Assembly (NCBI GenBank): GCA_965652295.1
Contig: CBFGTS010000010.1
Location: 64,001 to 128,000, forward strand
Source: an uncultured Haloferula sp.
Lineage (GTDB): Bacteria; Verrucomicrobiota; Verrucomicrobiia; Verrucomicrobiales; Akkermansiaceae
DNA: 64,000 nucleotides
Direction: 5' to 3'
In this document: positions 8,781-24,146 of the stretch, piece by piece
Layout: each line of letters opens with the position of its first letter
Position numbering within the stretch: the first letter of the stretch is position 1
Notes under the pieces: generated by a model
The model's database searches: none
What the model saw: the letters and a program-made list of their open reading frames with translations, nothing else
Told to the model about the DNA's origin: nothing
Made by a program: the position numbers and the translations under genes

Positions 8781-9704
8781 CTACGGAGTGTAGACGCCCC
8801 GGAAGAACCGCCGGGCTCCGAGAGGCGCGGTGTCGGATGACCAGGTGGATTGGGACGAGGGGTTGAGGCCGGGCACCGGCGTCCAGCCGCCGAGGCCGCC
8901 GCCCGAGGCGGACATCTGGATTTCGTCGAATCCGCCGGGCGGCCACGAGAGCATGATCTGGTTCGACGTGCGGCTGATCGACAGCACGGGCGCCGGGCCG
9001 GGGTCGAGGGGCACGGGCTCGATGGCGGTCGAGACGACGTAGCCCGTGCGATCTTCGTTGCCGACCGTGCCGTCGCCGACGGCCACGGCGACCGTGAAGG
9101 TGATGGAGTCGAAGGACCCGGTGAGCTGGACGGAGCCCGCCGCTTCCTGACCGAACACGGGCCCGATGGGCGGAGCGGGATCACCCGCCGCAGTGGTTTT
9201 GTCCGAGGTCAGGGAGTTTCCTGAAACCGCGAGGTTGCTGGTGCCCGCGATTTTCGTGATGGGCGTCGGAAACGAGAGGGTCGTGCGGTATTCGACGTCG
9301 GTCAGGGAGATCACCGGATCGGTGATGGTGGCGCCGAAGTTGAGGGTGACGGTGGTGGTGGCGCCTTCCGCGGTCTCGATGTTGATGTAGTCGCCGATGA
9401 AATTCGGCTCGAAAACGTCGATCCCCGGCGTGAAGGGAAGGAAAGTGGGAATGTCCTGCCAGAGGAGGGTGTCGCCGCCTCCGGTTTCCGAGTCGATGAT
9501 GGAAGAGGTGCTGGAGCCATCCGCCGGCTGCACGGTGCCGCCGCTCTGGACGAGCGTGACGGGGATGGCGAGATCGGTGGAGGTCGAGTGGTTGCGCCAG
9601 ACTCCGGAAGCGCCCGTGTTTCCGTCGAGGGCGGTGAAGTTGGTGACGTAAAGGTCGCCCCGGGCGAGACCCGAAAGGATCAGGAGGCAGGGGAGGGTTT
9701 TCAT
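8781..9704 (-). CDS. Secreted beta-rich hypothetical protein with verrucomicrobial C-terminal module
   Basis: Short signal peptide MKTLPCLLILSGLARG; Thr/Ser/Gly-rich body; ends PVLSIS...MLSWP...W......RRFFRG. Confidence 0.8.
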   Translation of the reverse strand: MKTLPCLLILSGLARGDLYVTNFTALDGNTGASGVWRNHSTSTDLAIPVTLVQSGGTVQPADGSSTSSIIDSETGGGDTLLWQDIPTFLPFTPGIDVFEPNFIGDYINIETAEGATTTVTLNFGATITDPVISLTDVEYRTTLSFPTPITKIAGTSNLAVSGNSLTSDKTTAAGDPAPPIGPVFGQEAAGSVQLTGSFDSITFTVAVAVGDGTVGNEDRTGYVVSTAIEPVPLDPGPAPVLSISRTSNQIMLSWPPGGFDEIQMSASGGGLGGWTPVPGLNPSSQSTWSSDTAPLGARRFFRGVYTP

Positions 9705-9803
9705 GGCGGGGGATCAATGAAACATGCAATACGAAACTAGGACGGCTCCGAGGCTCCCGACAAGATCAAAGGGCCGGCTCAACACGGCTCTTGCGGGCCG
9801 CAC

Positions 9804-10538
9804 CTAGTCCGCCGCCTCCCGCGGCAGCGGTTTGTAGAAGTCCTGCACGCAGTAGATTTGATCGAAGCCATTCTCCGCCCGGGACAGCGCGCAGCCGGTG
9901 CCGAGGTGAGTCGGTCCGGCGGATAGCAGGTTTTCCCGGTGATGCGGAGAGTTCATCCACTGCTTCACCACGTCCGCGGCGAAGCTGATGTAGCTATGCG
10001 GCTGCAACGGTTCTCCTCCGGGGGTATAGGAGTAGACGGTTTCGCCGGCTTGCCGCCGCATGTGGAAGGGCTTCCCGGACTCGTAGTTCAAGCGGAAGCT
10101 GAAGGCGATGTTCTCGGCCGAGAACTGCGGCTGGAGCCCTTGGTTCCGCAGCCGGTAGTAAGGCGTCAGGTTCGTCTCCTGGTTCGGCGTGCCGTGGGAA
10201 AGGAAATCGCCGCTGGCCATTCTCTCGGCATGCTGCTGCGCGGCGGTGGCCACGGCGGATTGGTGGGTCAGCGAGGGCAGATCATGCTCCGCTCGCACCG
10301 CGTTGGTCCGGTGGAAGATTGCCGCCGCCAGGAGCCCTGCGTCGAAGGTGTCGGCCTCGATCGGTTGCCGGGCCGCGTCGAGCTCGGCGAACTCGTCGGG
10401 CGTGACCTCGCCGTAGAAATTCCGGGCATCGCCGGCATCCGTATCCGGCGTCGTGTCCTGAGAGGCGGCGGGGGTGGCTGCGGCAAGCAGACCGGAGGCG
10501 AGGAGAGGCGGAACGAGGGATCGGGAAATGGATTTCAT
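9804..10538 (-). CDS. Secreted CAP (SCP/PR-1) domain protein
   Basis: Signal peptide; TNAVRAEH, AQQHAERM, SAENIA and WMNSPHHRENLL motifs. Confidence 0.9.
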   Translation of the reverse strand: MKSISRSLVPPLLASGLLAAATPAASQDTTPDTDAGDARNFYGEVTPDEFAELDAARQPIEADTFDAGLLAAAIFHRTNAVRAEHDLPSLTHQSAVATAAQQHAERMASGDFLSHGTPNQETNLTPYYRLRNQGLQPQFSAENIAFSFRLNYESGKPFHMRRQAGETVYSYTPGGEPLQPHSYISFAADVVKQWMNSPHHRENLLSAGPTHLGTGCALSRAENGFDQIYCVQDFYKPLPREAAD

Positions 10539-10622
10539 CCCGGAACCTACTCGTCCAGGCGGGAGCCGCCACGGGAGTTTGGCCGCGGCGGGACGGTTGG
10601 CTTGGGAGACGATGGTCTCTGG

Positions 10623-10645
10623 GCGGGTTGGGAAACCCGCTCTCC
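10623..10645 (-). repeat. GGAG-footed REP (family B) immediately after the acnA stop
   Basis: Minus strand reads TAA|GGAG AGCGGGTT TCCC AACCCGC. Confidence 0.8.
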
Positions 10646-13555
<2,910 letters not shown>

Positions 13556-13597
13556 GGGGCCAGTTTATAACAGAAATGGTGGGGCGTCGAATTTGGG

Positions 13598-13621
13598 GAA
13601 GGAGTTTCAAACTCCTTCTCC
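13598..13621 (-). repeat. GGAG-footed REP (family A) overlapping the RAYT stop codon
   Basis: Minus strand GGAG AAGGAGTT TGA AACTCCTT C; the loop TGA is the RAYT stop. Confidence 0.85.
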
Positions 13622-14215
13622 GTATTGCCACAGCTTGAAAGTATTTGGACGAAGTTTGGCGGGGTTTCTCGCGATGTAGCGGCGGACCCATGCGAAGTGC
13701 TTGTAGGAGCGGACGAGGCGGTCCCAGGATTCGTGCTGCCAGAGTTGACCGCTTCGACCGAGGGCGGTGTTGATCTGGCGGGCGGTGAAGCGTTTCCAGG
13801 TGTGGAGGATGTCTTCTGCCAGACGGTCGCCGAGCGGGTGGAAGAGGACGTGAACGTGGTTCGGCATCACGACGTAGGAGTCGAGCCGGTAGCGGTCGCC
13901 GTCGAAGTGGTGGAAGGCTTCTGCGACGATGCTGGCGATGCTTGGATTCCGGAGGACGCAACTGCCGTGGGCGTCGTCGAGCAAGGCTTCAAAGCGGAGG
14001 GTGAAGAGGCGGTTGTGCTCTTTGCCGGTGGCGTCGTCCCAGGGTTTGGGGTGGAGTTCTTCCCAGCGTTGTTTTTCGAGGATGAGGCGTTGGACGACGG
14101 ATGCGGGAAGGGAATCGGCGAGCCGCCAGGTGACGAAAAGCCACGCCTCACCTTGTTGCCAGTGAGGGAGGTTGCCGCAGTGTTTCTCGATGGCCTTGTC
14201 GGGATCGAGAAACAT
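13607..14215 (-). CDS. REP-associated tyrosine transposase (RAYT/TnpA-REP, IS200-like Y1 HUH nuclease)
   Basis: LPHW..FVTWRLADSLP, HUH motif YVVMPNHVHVL, WKRFTA, LWQHESWDRLVR and catalytic Tyr YIARNP; flanked by REPs. Confidence 0.92.
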   Translation of the reverse strand: MFLDPDKAIEKHCGNLPHWQQGEAWLFVTWRLADSLPASVVQRLILEKQRWEELHPKPWDDATGKEHNRLFTLRFEALLDDAHGSCVLRNPSIASIVAEAFHHFDGDRYRLDSYVVMPNHVHVLFHPLGDRLAEDILHTWKRFTARQINTALGRSGQLWQHESWDRLVRSYKHFAWVRRYIARNPAKLRPNTFKLWQYGEGV

Positions 14216-14223
14216 GGAGTTTG

Positions 14224-14277
14224 GAGGACTTTTTAAGTCCTCTTTTTTGAGATGAAGGAGTTGAAAACTCCTTCTCC
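14224..14277 (-). repeat. REP (family A) after the acnB stop, plus a related hairpin upstream of RAYT
   Basis: Minus strand TAA|GGAG AAGGAGTT TTC AACTCCTT C (14254-14277); GAGGACTT-TTT-AAGTCCTC (14224-14242) has the same 8-bp stem and 3-nt loop. Confidence 0.8.
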
Positions 14278-17049
<2,772 letters not shown>

Positions 17050-17141
17050 GTCTGCTGAAGGGCGTTGGTTTTAAGAAAGATGCTGGGGCCGGAAGGGCTT
17101 GGATTTCAGAGGGCTCCGGCGTGCTGACCGGACGGGCGCGG

Positions 17142-17169
17142 AGATTACCGGGGGGGTGGGGGATGTCAA
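17142..17169 (-). promoter_or_regulatory. Candidate sigma70 promoter for acnB
   Basis: TTGACA (17169-17164), 16-nt spacer, TAATCT (17147-17142). Confidence 0.45.
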
Positions 17170-17321
17170 AGAATGTTGGCTGTCAGGGGAGAAGGGGCCC
17201 GGGGGATCTAGCAGGAGCCGCGCCGGGGCGGTTTTTTTGGCGGGTGCTGACGCGTTTGGCCCGCTTCGTGACGAGCCAACCCGGCTCTTGCCGGGCGGCG
17301 AGGGGGCGGTAGGCTCGGAGA

Positions 17322-17702
17322 ATGCGTTGCACGTTGATGATCGCGGGAATGGTCGCCGCTTTCGGGCTTTCCGGCTGTGCCGGGGGACCGGCGGGAGCTG
17401 CGTCCGGGGAGATGGGGGACATCGCCACCGATGACGGCTCGGTGGGTGGAATCTCCGAAGTCCCGAACCCGAGCGCGGAAATGGCAAAGGCGAGCGGAAC
17501 GCCCTTGGAAACGCTCCAGCAGGGGCACGTGATCTACATGCTCAAATGCGGCGAGTGCCATGCCTACCAACTGCCGAAGGACCTCTTCGTGGACGAATGG
17601 GAGGATGCGATGCCGAAGATGATCACGCACGCCGGGCTTTCTTCGGAGGACGAAAAGGCAGTGCTGGCGTATGTGCTGGCCGTGAAAGGAGACGATGAGT
17701 GA
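17322..17702 (+). CDS. Small monoheme c-type cytochrome lipoprotein
   Basis: Lipobox LSGC; CGECH heme motif; W..AMPKM distal Met region. Confidence 0.8.
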   Translation: MRCTLMIAGMVAAFGLSGCAGGPAGAASGEMGDIATDDGSVGGISEVPNPSAEMAKASGTPLETLQQGHVIYMLKCGECHAYQLPKDLFVDEWEDAMPKMITHAGLSSEDEKAVLAYVLAVKGDDE

Positions 17703-19488
17703 GCTGATTGTCGGCATCGACCTCGGCACGACGAACTCGGCCATTGGCGTGGTCGAGAGCGGCTTTCCCATCCTGCTGGCGAACGAGGACGGGCGGCGGA
17801 TCATTCCCAGCGCGGTGGCGTATGGAGCGGGGAGCGGGGAGCGGGGAGCGCGGAGTGAAGAAGTCTTGGTAGGCGCGAAGGCGCTGCGTCTGCGCTCAAT
17901 GCGGCCGGTGGTGACGAGCGTGAAGCGGTTGATGGGCCGGCGGATCGGCGAGGTGGAGGATTTCCCGCTGCCGGTGGCGGACGATGGAAACGGTCGTCCT
18001 CAGGTCGAGGGAAGATCGCCGGAGGAGATCAGCGCGGAGATCCTGCGCGAGCTGAAACGGATCGCCGAATGGCGGCTCGGAACGGTGGTGGAAAAGGCGG
18101 TGATCACCGTGCCGGCGTATTTCAACGACGCACAGCGAAACGCGACGAAGAAGGCGGGCGAGCTGGCTGGACTGGAGGTGGTGAGGATCGTCAATGAGCC
18201 GACCGCTGCGGCGCTGGCCTACGGGCTGGACAAGCTGGGCGAGAAGTCGCGGGTGGCGGTGTACGATTTTGGCGGCGGCACTTTCGATTTGTCCGTGCTG
18301 GAGATGCAGGACGGGGTGTTCCAGGTACTTTCGACGCGCGGCGACACGCGCCTCGGCGGCGATGATCTGGATGCGGCGCTGGTGGCGTGGTGCGCGGAGC
18401 AGGCGGGCGTGGAGAAGCCCGACGTGCGCTGGACCGAGGAGGCCGAACGGGTGAAGCGGGCGCTTTCCGACAAGCAGACGGAGACCTTCCGCCTGCCGTT
18501 CTACGAGGGATCTCGTAGTATTGAGGTCGGGGTCACGCGCGGCGACCTCGACGCGCTTGCGAAACCGCTGATCGACCGCACGCTGGCCTGCTGCCGGCAG
18601 GCATTGGCGGATGCGCGGGTGGAGCCGGCCGATCTGGATGCGGTGCTGCTGGTCGGCGGCTCGACGCGGATGCCGGCGGTGCGGGAGGCGGTGAAGGGCT
18701 GGTTCGGCCGCGAGCCGGACCTCTCGCAGCATCCGGACGAGGCGGTGGCACTGGGGGCGACGATCCAGGCGGGGGTGCTGAGCGGTGCCATGAAAAAAAT
18801 GGTGCTGTTGGATGTCACGCCGCTGAGCCTCGGGATCGAAACCTTCGGCGGGCTGATGAATGTCCTGATTTCCCGCAACACGACCATCCCCTGCAAGGCG
18901 GGCGAAATGTTCACCAACGCGGCGGCGGGCCAGCGGTCGATGCGGATCCGCGTGCTGCAGGGCGAGCGGGAGATGGCGCGCGACAACTGGCAGCTGGGCG
19001 AATTCGAGGTCGGGTTCGAACCGGCGGAAAAAGGCCGGGCGCGGGTCGGCGTGCAGTTCCGGATCGATGAAAACGGCATCCTCGAGGTGCTCGCGCGGGA
19101 CACCGCCACGGGCAAGGACACCGTGTTGGAGATCCGCAGCGCGGCGGTGGATGTGGAGGATGAGCGGGTCGAGAAAATGGTGAGTGAATCGGTCGAATAC
19201 GCCTTCGACGACATGGCGGAGCGGGTGTTCACCGAGGCGAAGCTCAAGGCGGAGGAACTGCTGCCGGCGGTGGAACAGGTGCTTTCGCAGGGGGGCGATC
19301 TGGTTTCTCCGGAAGAAGAGGCGGAAATCCGGGCGGCGGCGTCGAAAGTGCGTGCGGCGATGAAGTCCGGCGAACCGAATCCGTTGAAGGCGGCGGTGCA
19401 GGTGCTGGACAAGGCGACCGAGGCGGTGGCGGCCCGGGTGGTGGAGAAGGCGATGGAAGAAGCGCTTTCGCGGAGATTGGGCGGGTAG
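17695..19488 (+). CDS. Hsp70 family chaperone (DnaK/HscA-like paralog)
   Basis: [32 protein letters not shown] and [13 protein letters not shown] motifs. Confidence 0.92.
   Translation: MSELIVGIDLGTTNSAIGVVESGFPILLANEDGRRIIPSAVAYGAGSGERGARSEEVLVGAKALRLRSMRPVVTSVKRLMGRRIGEVEDFPLPVADDGNGRPQVEGRSPEEISAEILRELKRIAEWRLGTVVEKAVITVPAYFNDAQRNATKKAGELAGLEVVRIVNEPTAAALAYGLDKLGEKSRVAVYDFGGGTFDLSVLEMQDGVFQVLSTRGDTRLGGDDLDAALVAWCAEQAGVEKPDVRWTEEAERVKRALSDKQTETFRLPFYEGSRSIEVGVTRGDLDALAKPLIDRTLACCRQALADARVEPADLDAVLLVGGSTRMPAVREAVKGWFGREPDLSQHPDEAVALGATIQAGVLSGAMKKMVLLDVTPLSLGIETFGGLMNVLISRNTTIPCKAGEMFTNAAAGQRSMRIRVLQGEREMARDNWQLGEFEVGFEPAEKGRARVGVQFRIDENGILEVLARDTATGKDTVLEIRSAAVDVEDERVEKMVSESVEYAFDDMAERVFTEAKLKAEELLPAVEQVLSQGGDLVSPEEEAEIRAAASKVRAAMKSGEPNPLKAAVQVLDKATEAVAARVVEKAMEEALSRRLGG
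17824..17858 (+). repeat. 5x heptamer (GGAGCGG) inside the Hsp70 gene
   Basis: ggagcgg ggagcgg ggagcgg ggagcgc ggagtga; encodes [12 protein letters not shown]. Confidence 0.8.
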
Positions 19489-19539
19489 TTCGCATTGACC
19501 GGGCCGGTTCGGCCGCGTTGGATCATGACCGGGAAGCCG

Positions 19540-20625
19540 ATGACGGAAGAAGCCGAAGGATGGAAGCACTGCGGGCGTTGCGGGCACCTGTTTCAGGGAC
19601 TGCAGGGCGGACGCTGCCCGGAATGCGAGGGCAATCCGGTCGTCAGCGAAGCGGAGATGGCCTACATCACCGCCCAATCCACGCCCGTGGGAGGTGGGGC
19701 CGACCCCTCCACTCCGGGAGCGGCAGGCCGGCCGGTCAAGAAGCGCGGCAGCCTGCTGAAGTTCACGATCGCCTGGATGTTCCTCCTGATGGCCATCGCC
19801 GGGATCATCGCACTGGCGAGGTCTCTCGGCCCTGAGAAAGAGGAAACGGCCACCTTCGACATCGGAGAGGCGACGGACACGTATCAGGCGCTGAACGATG
19901 CGTATTCAAAGTGCTATCCGGTGCTTCGCACCTACTATTCCAGCGTGGCTCCGGAGGTGCGGGCCCCGCTCACGTTGCACCCCAGCCGGACGCTCGGACG
20001 CATGAGCCGCTGGCCGGAGGAACTTGTTCTGGCGGGCCGGAACACCCTGATCCGCAACCGCAGTTTCACGGTTTTCGAAACCTCGGAGGGACCTTCGGTG
20101 GCCAGCGTGTGGCAGCTGGAGAACGGCGACCGGATCGAGGCGGTTTTCCGGAAGAACGCGGACGACGAGTGGGCGATCGACTGGGAACAAATGGTGCGCT
20201 ACTCGTCGGAAGTCTGGCCGGTTTTCATGAGCGGGCTGGGAGAACCCACCGGGGAATTTCGCCTGCTGGCGCGGCGGCGGGCAAACTCCAGCCTCGGGGT
20301 GGGCGACGTCTCGCGGATTATTTTTCATCCGCCCTCGACCCGCAGCGCGGCCGAATACGGGGCGGGCTCGCCGGAGGTGAAGGTGGACCCGGCCTCGGAG
20401 GACGGGATCAAGCTGGCGGAGGCCTTCGAGCTGCGCGATGCCGGTGGCTCTGCCTTTTCCGCGGCCCTCTCCAATGACGACCCGATGGGGATGATCCGGG
20501 TGCGGGTGAAACTGCGCCTCGGGCCGAAGGACGAGCACGGTAGACTCACGCTGGTGCTCGATGAGGTGGTGGCCTGCCACTGGATGGACATCGACGACCG
20601 CGCGCGCCCGGATTCAGGCCGGTAG
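19540..20625 (+). CDS. Hypothetical membrane-anchored protein with N-terminal zinc ribbon
   Basis: CGRC...CPEC, one TM helix (FTIAWMFLLMAIAGIIAL), large C-terminal domain. Confidence 0.75.
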   Translation: MTEEAEGWKHCGRCGHLFQGLQGGRCPECEGNPVVSEAEMAYITAQSTPVGGGADPSTPGAAGRPVKKRGSLLKFTIAWMFLLMAIAGIIALARSLGPEKEETATFDIGEATDTYQALNDAYSKCYPVLRTYYSSVAPEVRAPLTLHPSRTLGRMSRWPEELVLAGRNTLIRNRSFTVFETSEGPSVASVWQLENGDRIEAVFRKNADDEWAIDWEQMVRYSSEVWPVFMSGLGEPTGEFRLLARRRANSSLGVGDVSRIIFHPPSTRSAAEYGAGSPEVKVDPASEDGIKLAEAFELRDAGGSAFSAALSNDDPMGMIRVRVKLRLGPKDEHGRLTLVLDEVVACHWMDIDDRARPDSGR

Positions 20626-20629
20626 GGTG

Positions 20630-21493
20630 CTAAAGCCCCAGCCCGCGGCGCATGGCGGCGTCGGGATCGGTGCCGGGAAACCAGTAGCGGAAGGCGGCGA
20701 TGCCTTGGTGGAGAAGCATCAGGTTTCCCTGGGCATGGCGCGCTCCGGCGGCTTCGGCGGCGCGGATCAGGGCGGTGGGCTTGTAAATGGTGTCGAAGAC
20801 GAAATGGTTCGCGTGCAGGCAGCCGGGTGGCAGCGGCGAGGGGTCGGTTTCCTTGAGCCCGAGCGAGGTGGTGTTGACGATGAGCGTGCAGCCGGCAGCC
20901 AGCGCGGGCAGCACGGGGTCATCGATGCCGAGTGACGCGAGATCGAGCCGTGGATGGTGGGAGCGGAGGGTTTTGGCCAGCTCCTCGATTTTCGACACGG
21001 TGCGGTTGGCGAGAATCAGGCGGGCAACGCCGGCGCGGGCGCAGTGCGCGGTGATCGCTCCGCCCGCGCCGCCGCCGGCCCCGACGACCAGCACGGACAA
21101 GCCCTTGAGCCGGAGTCCGAGGGTTTCCGTCACGGCGTGTTCGAAGCCGTAGCCATCGGTATTGGTCCCGCGGGTGGCATCGGGATCGAAGCGGACCGTG
21201 TTGACCGCGCCGAGATCGCGGGCGGTGTCGTCGATTTCATCGCAGGCCTCCAGCGCGTCAAACTTGTGCGGGACGGTGACGTTGCAGCCGATGAAACCGA
21301 GCTCGCGCATGCGGGCGAAGGCCTCCTTGACCTGGCCGGGCTCCACTTCCAAGGGGATGTAACGGGCGTCAATGCCGGCTTCATCGAGCGCCGGCTGGTG
21401 CATCCGCGGGGAAAGTGAATGCCCGATCGGCTGGCCGATCACGGCGAGTTTCGCACCGCGGGCTTCGTGGAGGTTGGAGAGGGTGAAGGGCAC
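20630..21493 (-). CDS. aroE: Shikimate dehydrogenase
   Basis: GHSLSPRMH, NVTVPHK, GAVNT, NTDGYG and GAGGGA motifs. Confidence 0.95.
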   Translation of the reverse strand: MPFTLSNLHEARGAKLAVIGQPIGHSLSPRMHQPALDEAGIDARYIPLEVEPGQVKEAFARMRELGFIGCNVTVPHKFDALEACDEIDDTARDLGAVNTVRFDPDATRGTNTDGYGFEHAVTETLGLRLKGLSVLVVGAGGGAGGAITAHCARAGVARLILANRTVSKIEELAKTLRSHHPRLDLASLGIDDPVLPALAAGCTLIVNTTSLGLKETDPSPLPPGCLHANHFVFDTIYKPTALIRAAEAAGARHAQGNLMLLHQGIAAFRYWFPGTDPDAAMRRGLGL

Positions 21494-21500
21494 GGGGTGA

Positions 21501-21535
21501 GTGGAAAGTGGAAAGGTAAAAGTAAAAAGTGAGGA
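21501..21535. repeat. 5x degenerate heptamer (GTGGAAA) upstream of aroE
   Basis: gtggaaa gtggaaa ggtaaaa gtaaaaa gtgagga. Confidence 0.55.
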
Positions 21536-21550
21536 GATGGCTGTCGGGCA

Positions 21551-21684
21551 GGAGCGCCGATTATGAAATCGGCAACGGCTGGGCTACGGGCTTGGCAATG
21601 GCTGGGCTAGAGGCCGGCTGGGCTGTTTATCGAGGAGGAGAGTTATTGATGAGCAGGCGTTGCCGATTTCATAATCGGCGCTCC
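21551..21684. repeat. REPIN: perfect 27-bp inverted pair of GGAG-footed REPs (family C)
   Basis: GGAGCGCCGATTATGAAATCGGCAACG (21551-21577) and its exact reverse complement (21658-21684); spacer carries 3x GGCTGGGCT. Confidence 0.9.
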
Positions 21685-22979
21685 ATCGCCTGCAGGCGCT
21701 TTACGCTCTCATCCTGACCGAGGATCGCGAGAATGTCACCGAGGTCGGGGCCGCCGCCTTTTCCGCTGAGGGCGACGCGGGTGGGGAACATGAGCTGGCC
21801 GGGCTTGGCACCATTGGTCTGGGCGGTGTCGCCAATGGCGTGCTTGGCGGAGTCGGCGGACCACGCAGGGAGTTTTTCAAAGGCCTCGGCGAGGGCCTTG
21901 AGGAGGTCCTTGGCGGTGGGGTTGTTCTTCACCTTGGCCAGCGGTTCTTCGTCGATCGTGATGTCATCAAGCAGGAGGAAAGCGAGGGCATCGGGGACTT
22001 CCGAGAGAAGCCGTACTTTCTCCCGCACGGCGGCGGCGGCGTCAGGGTAGCGGTCGGTGACGGAGAGGCCGGCCGCTTCGACGAAGGGTTTGGCGGCCTC
22101 GGCGAAGACCTGCGGTGGTAGGGTGAGAAGATGCTGTTGGTTGAGCCAGGCGCATTTCTCGATGTCGAAGCGGGCGGGGGAGCGGTTGACGTTCTCCAGC
22201 GAGAAGCGGTCGACCAGCTCGCCGAGGGTGAAGATTTCCTCGTCGGTCTTCGGGTTCCAGCCGAGCAGGGCGAGGAAGTTGACGACGGCCTCGGAGACGA
22301 AGCCTTGGCGCGGGTAATCGCCGACGGCGGCACCAGCATCGCGTTTGGACATCTTGGAGCCATCGGGATTGAGGATCAGTGGGATGTGGGCATACTGAGG
22401 GGGCTCCACGCCGAAAGCCTCGAAAAGCTGGAGGTGCTTGGGCGTGTTCATGAGGTGGTCCTCGCCGCGGATCACGTGGGTGATCTGCATTTCGAGGTCA
22501 TCGACGACGTTGACGAAGTGGAACACATAGGAGCCGTCGGAGCGGCGGACGACCATGTCGGGCGTGTTCTCGACGTTGGCGTAGTCGATGGTGACTTCGC
22601 CGCAGACGAGATCGGTCATGGTCACGGGCTTGCGTTCGAAACGGAACCGCCAGGCACCATCGTCCTCGTAGACGCGGTCGTTGTTTTTCAGGACGTCGAA
22701 CCATTTGTCGTAGAGCGCAGTCCGCTCGGACTGGTTGTAGGGGCCGAATTCGCCGCCTTTTCCTTCGCCCTCGTCCCAATCGAGGCCGAGCCAGTGCATG
22801 CCGTCGAAGATGGCGGCGCGGGCTTCGTCGGTGTTGCGGGCGTGGTCGGTATCCTCGACGCGGAGGACGAAGGTGCCGCCGTGCTTGCGGGCAAAGAGGT
22901 AGTTGAAGAGGGCCGTGCGGGCACCGCCGACGTGGAGGTAGCCGGTCGGGGAGGGGGCGAAGCGGGTGCGGACGTGCAT
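21669..22979 (-). CDS. gltX: Glutamate--tRNA ligase
   Basis: RFAPSPTGYLHVGG, LRVEDTD, HVIRGEDH and KMSKR motifs; start at MHVRTRF. Confidence 0.96.
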   Translation of the reverse strand: MHVRTRFAPSPTGYLHVGGARTALFNYLFARKHGGTFVLRVEDTDHARNTDEARAAIFDGMHWLGLDWDEGEGKGGEFGPYNQSERTALYDKWFDVLKNNDRVYEDDGAWRFRFERKPVTMTDLVCGEVTIDYANVENTPDMVVRRSDGSYVFHFVNVVDDLEMQITHVIRGEDHLMNTPKHLQLFEAFGVEPPQYAHIPLILNPDGSKMSKRDAGAAVGDYPRQGFVSEAVVNFLALLGWNPKTDEEIFTLGELVDRFSLENVNRSPARFDIEKCAWLNQQHLLTLPPQVFAEAAKPFVEAAGLSVTDRYPDAAAAVREKVRLLSEVPDALAFLLLDDITIDEEPLAKVKNNPTAKDLLKALAEAFEKLPAWSADSAKHAIGDTAQTNGAKPGQLMFPTRVALSGKGGGPDLGDILAILGQDESVKRLQAMERRL

Positions 22980-23060
22980 GTCGGGAGTGCGGCGCGGGAC
23001 GGGGCGGATGCCAAGGAAAAGTTGCCGGCCCGGGGCGGGCGGTGTCTGGTGGCGGTGGCG

Positions 23061-24146
23061 ATGACACGCGGACGGATCGGCACGCGCGGAAACTGGGTGG
23101 CGGGCGCTTCGCTGGCGCTGGCGGCCGGGGGGCTGGCGTGGGTGGATGGCGCGTTGCTGGCGCTGGCATTGGTGGGCCTGCTGTTGCTGGCGGTGACTTG
23201 GGTAGTGGGGCGGTGGAATGTGGCGCGGGTGGAAGTGGATTTCCAGGGGCCGCGAGCGGTGGTGGCGGGTCAGCCGGCGCGGGCGCGGGTGGAGGTGAGA
23301 GATGGAAGGAGGTGGCTGGATGGGTTCGGGCTTGAGGTGGCGATGGAAGGGCCGGGCGGGATGTCGATGGCATTGGCCGTGCCGTGGTTGCCGACGGGGT
23401 CGGTGGCGACGGGCGAGCTGGCGTTTTCCGCGCCCGGACGGGGGGCGGCGGATGAATTGCGGGTGGCGGTGAGGTCGGATTTCCCGTGGGGGATGTTCGA
23501 TTTCGAGCGGCGATGGGAGATCGGCAGGGAAATTCTGGTGCTGCCGCGATCGATCCGGCCGGAGCCGTTGCTGGAGGGCTGGGCGGATGCGGGGGAGACG
23601 AGGGAGCGGCCGCGGTGGGGCGATGGGGGCGAGTGGAGGGGGATGCGCGACTACCGCCCGGGCGACCGGGTGCGGACGGTGCGCTGGCCGGCGAGCGTGA
23701 AGTCGCTGGCGCGGGGCGGCGGGCTGCTGGTGGCGGAGCCAGATCCGCCGGGCGGGCGGATCGATGAGGCATGGCTGGTGTTTCACTCGGCGGGCGAGGG
23801 CTCGCTGATCCGGCCGGATCGGTTCGAGCGGGCGATCTCGCTTTTCCGCGGAGAAACCGAGCGGCTGGTGGCGGCGGGGCGGACGGTGGTTTGGATGGCG
23901 GATTTCCTGGAATGGATGCCTTTCCGGATCGACGGACGGCGCGACCTGGCGGCGGCGGGCGAGGTGCTGGCGCGGGCGAAGCGGGCAATGGGAACGCAGC
24001 GGCATGAGGTGATCGGACGGCTGGCCGAGGCAGGCGGAGTGGTGAGGGTTTTCTCGGATGAACCGGCGGAGCGGTGGCGGGGGTGGCTGGCGCAGCCGGA
24101 GCGGGCGGTGGATGGTGTGCGCGACGAGAAAGGAGGACGGCGGTGA
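23061..24146 (+). CDS. DUF58 domain-containing protein
   Basis: N-terminal TMs, SDFPWG, GEWRGMRDYRPGD..VRWPAS and FERAIS motifs. Confidence 0.85.
   Translation: MTRGRIGTRGNWVAGASLALAAGGLAWVDGALLALALVGLLLLAVTWVVGRWNVARVEVDFQGPRAVVAGQPARARVEVRDGRRWLDGFGLEVAMEGPGGMSMALAVPWLPTGSVATGELAFSAPGRGAADELRVAVRSDFPWGMFDFERRWEIGREILVLPRSIRPEPLLEGWADAGETRERPRWGDGGEWRGMRDYRPGDRVRTVRWPASVKSLARGGGLLVAEPDPPGGRIDEAWLVFHSAGEGSLIRPDRFERAISLFRGETERLVAAGRTVVWMADFLEWMPFRIDGRRDLAAAGEVLARAKRAMGTQRHEVIGRLAEAGGVVRVFSDEPAERWRGWLAQPERAVDGVRDEKGGRR

Noticed and set aside
13598..14277. Interpretation as an IS200/IS605 element or a CRISPR-like repeat pair
   Set aside because: No tnpB and no spacer array; the protein motifs and GGAG-footed hairpins fit a RAYT/REP system.
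17050..17321. Possible riboswitch or sRNA in the acnB upstream region (hairpin plus T-run near 17215-17238)
   Set aside because: No recognisable RNA family motif; cannot be supported without a covariance search.
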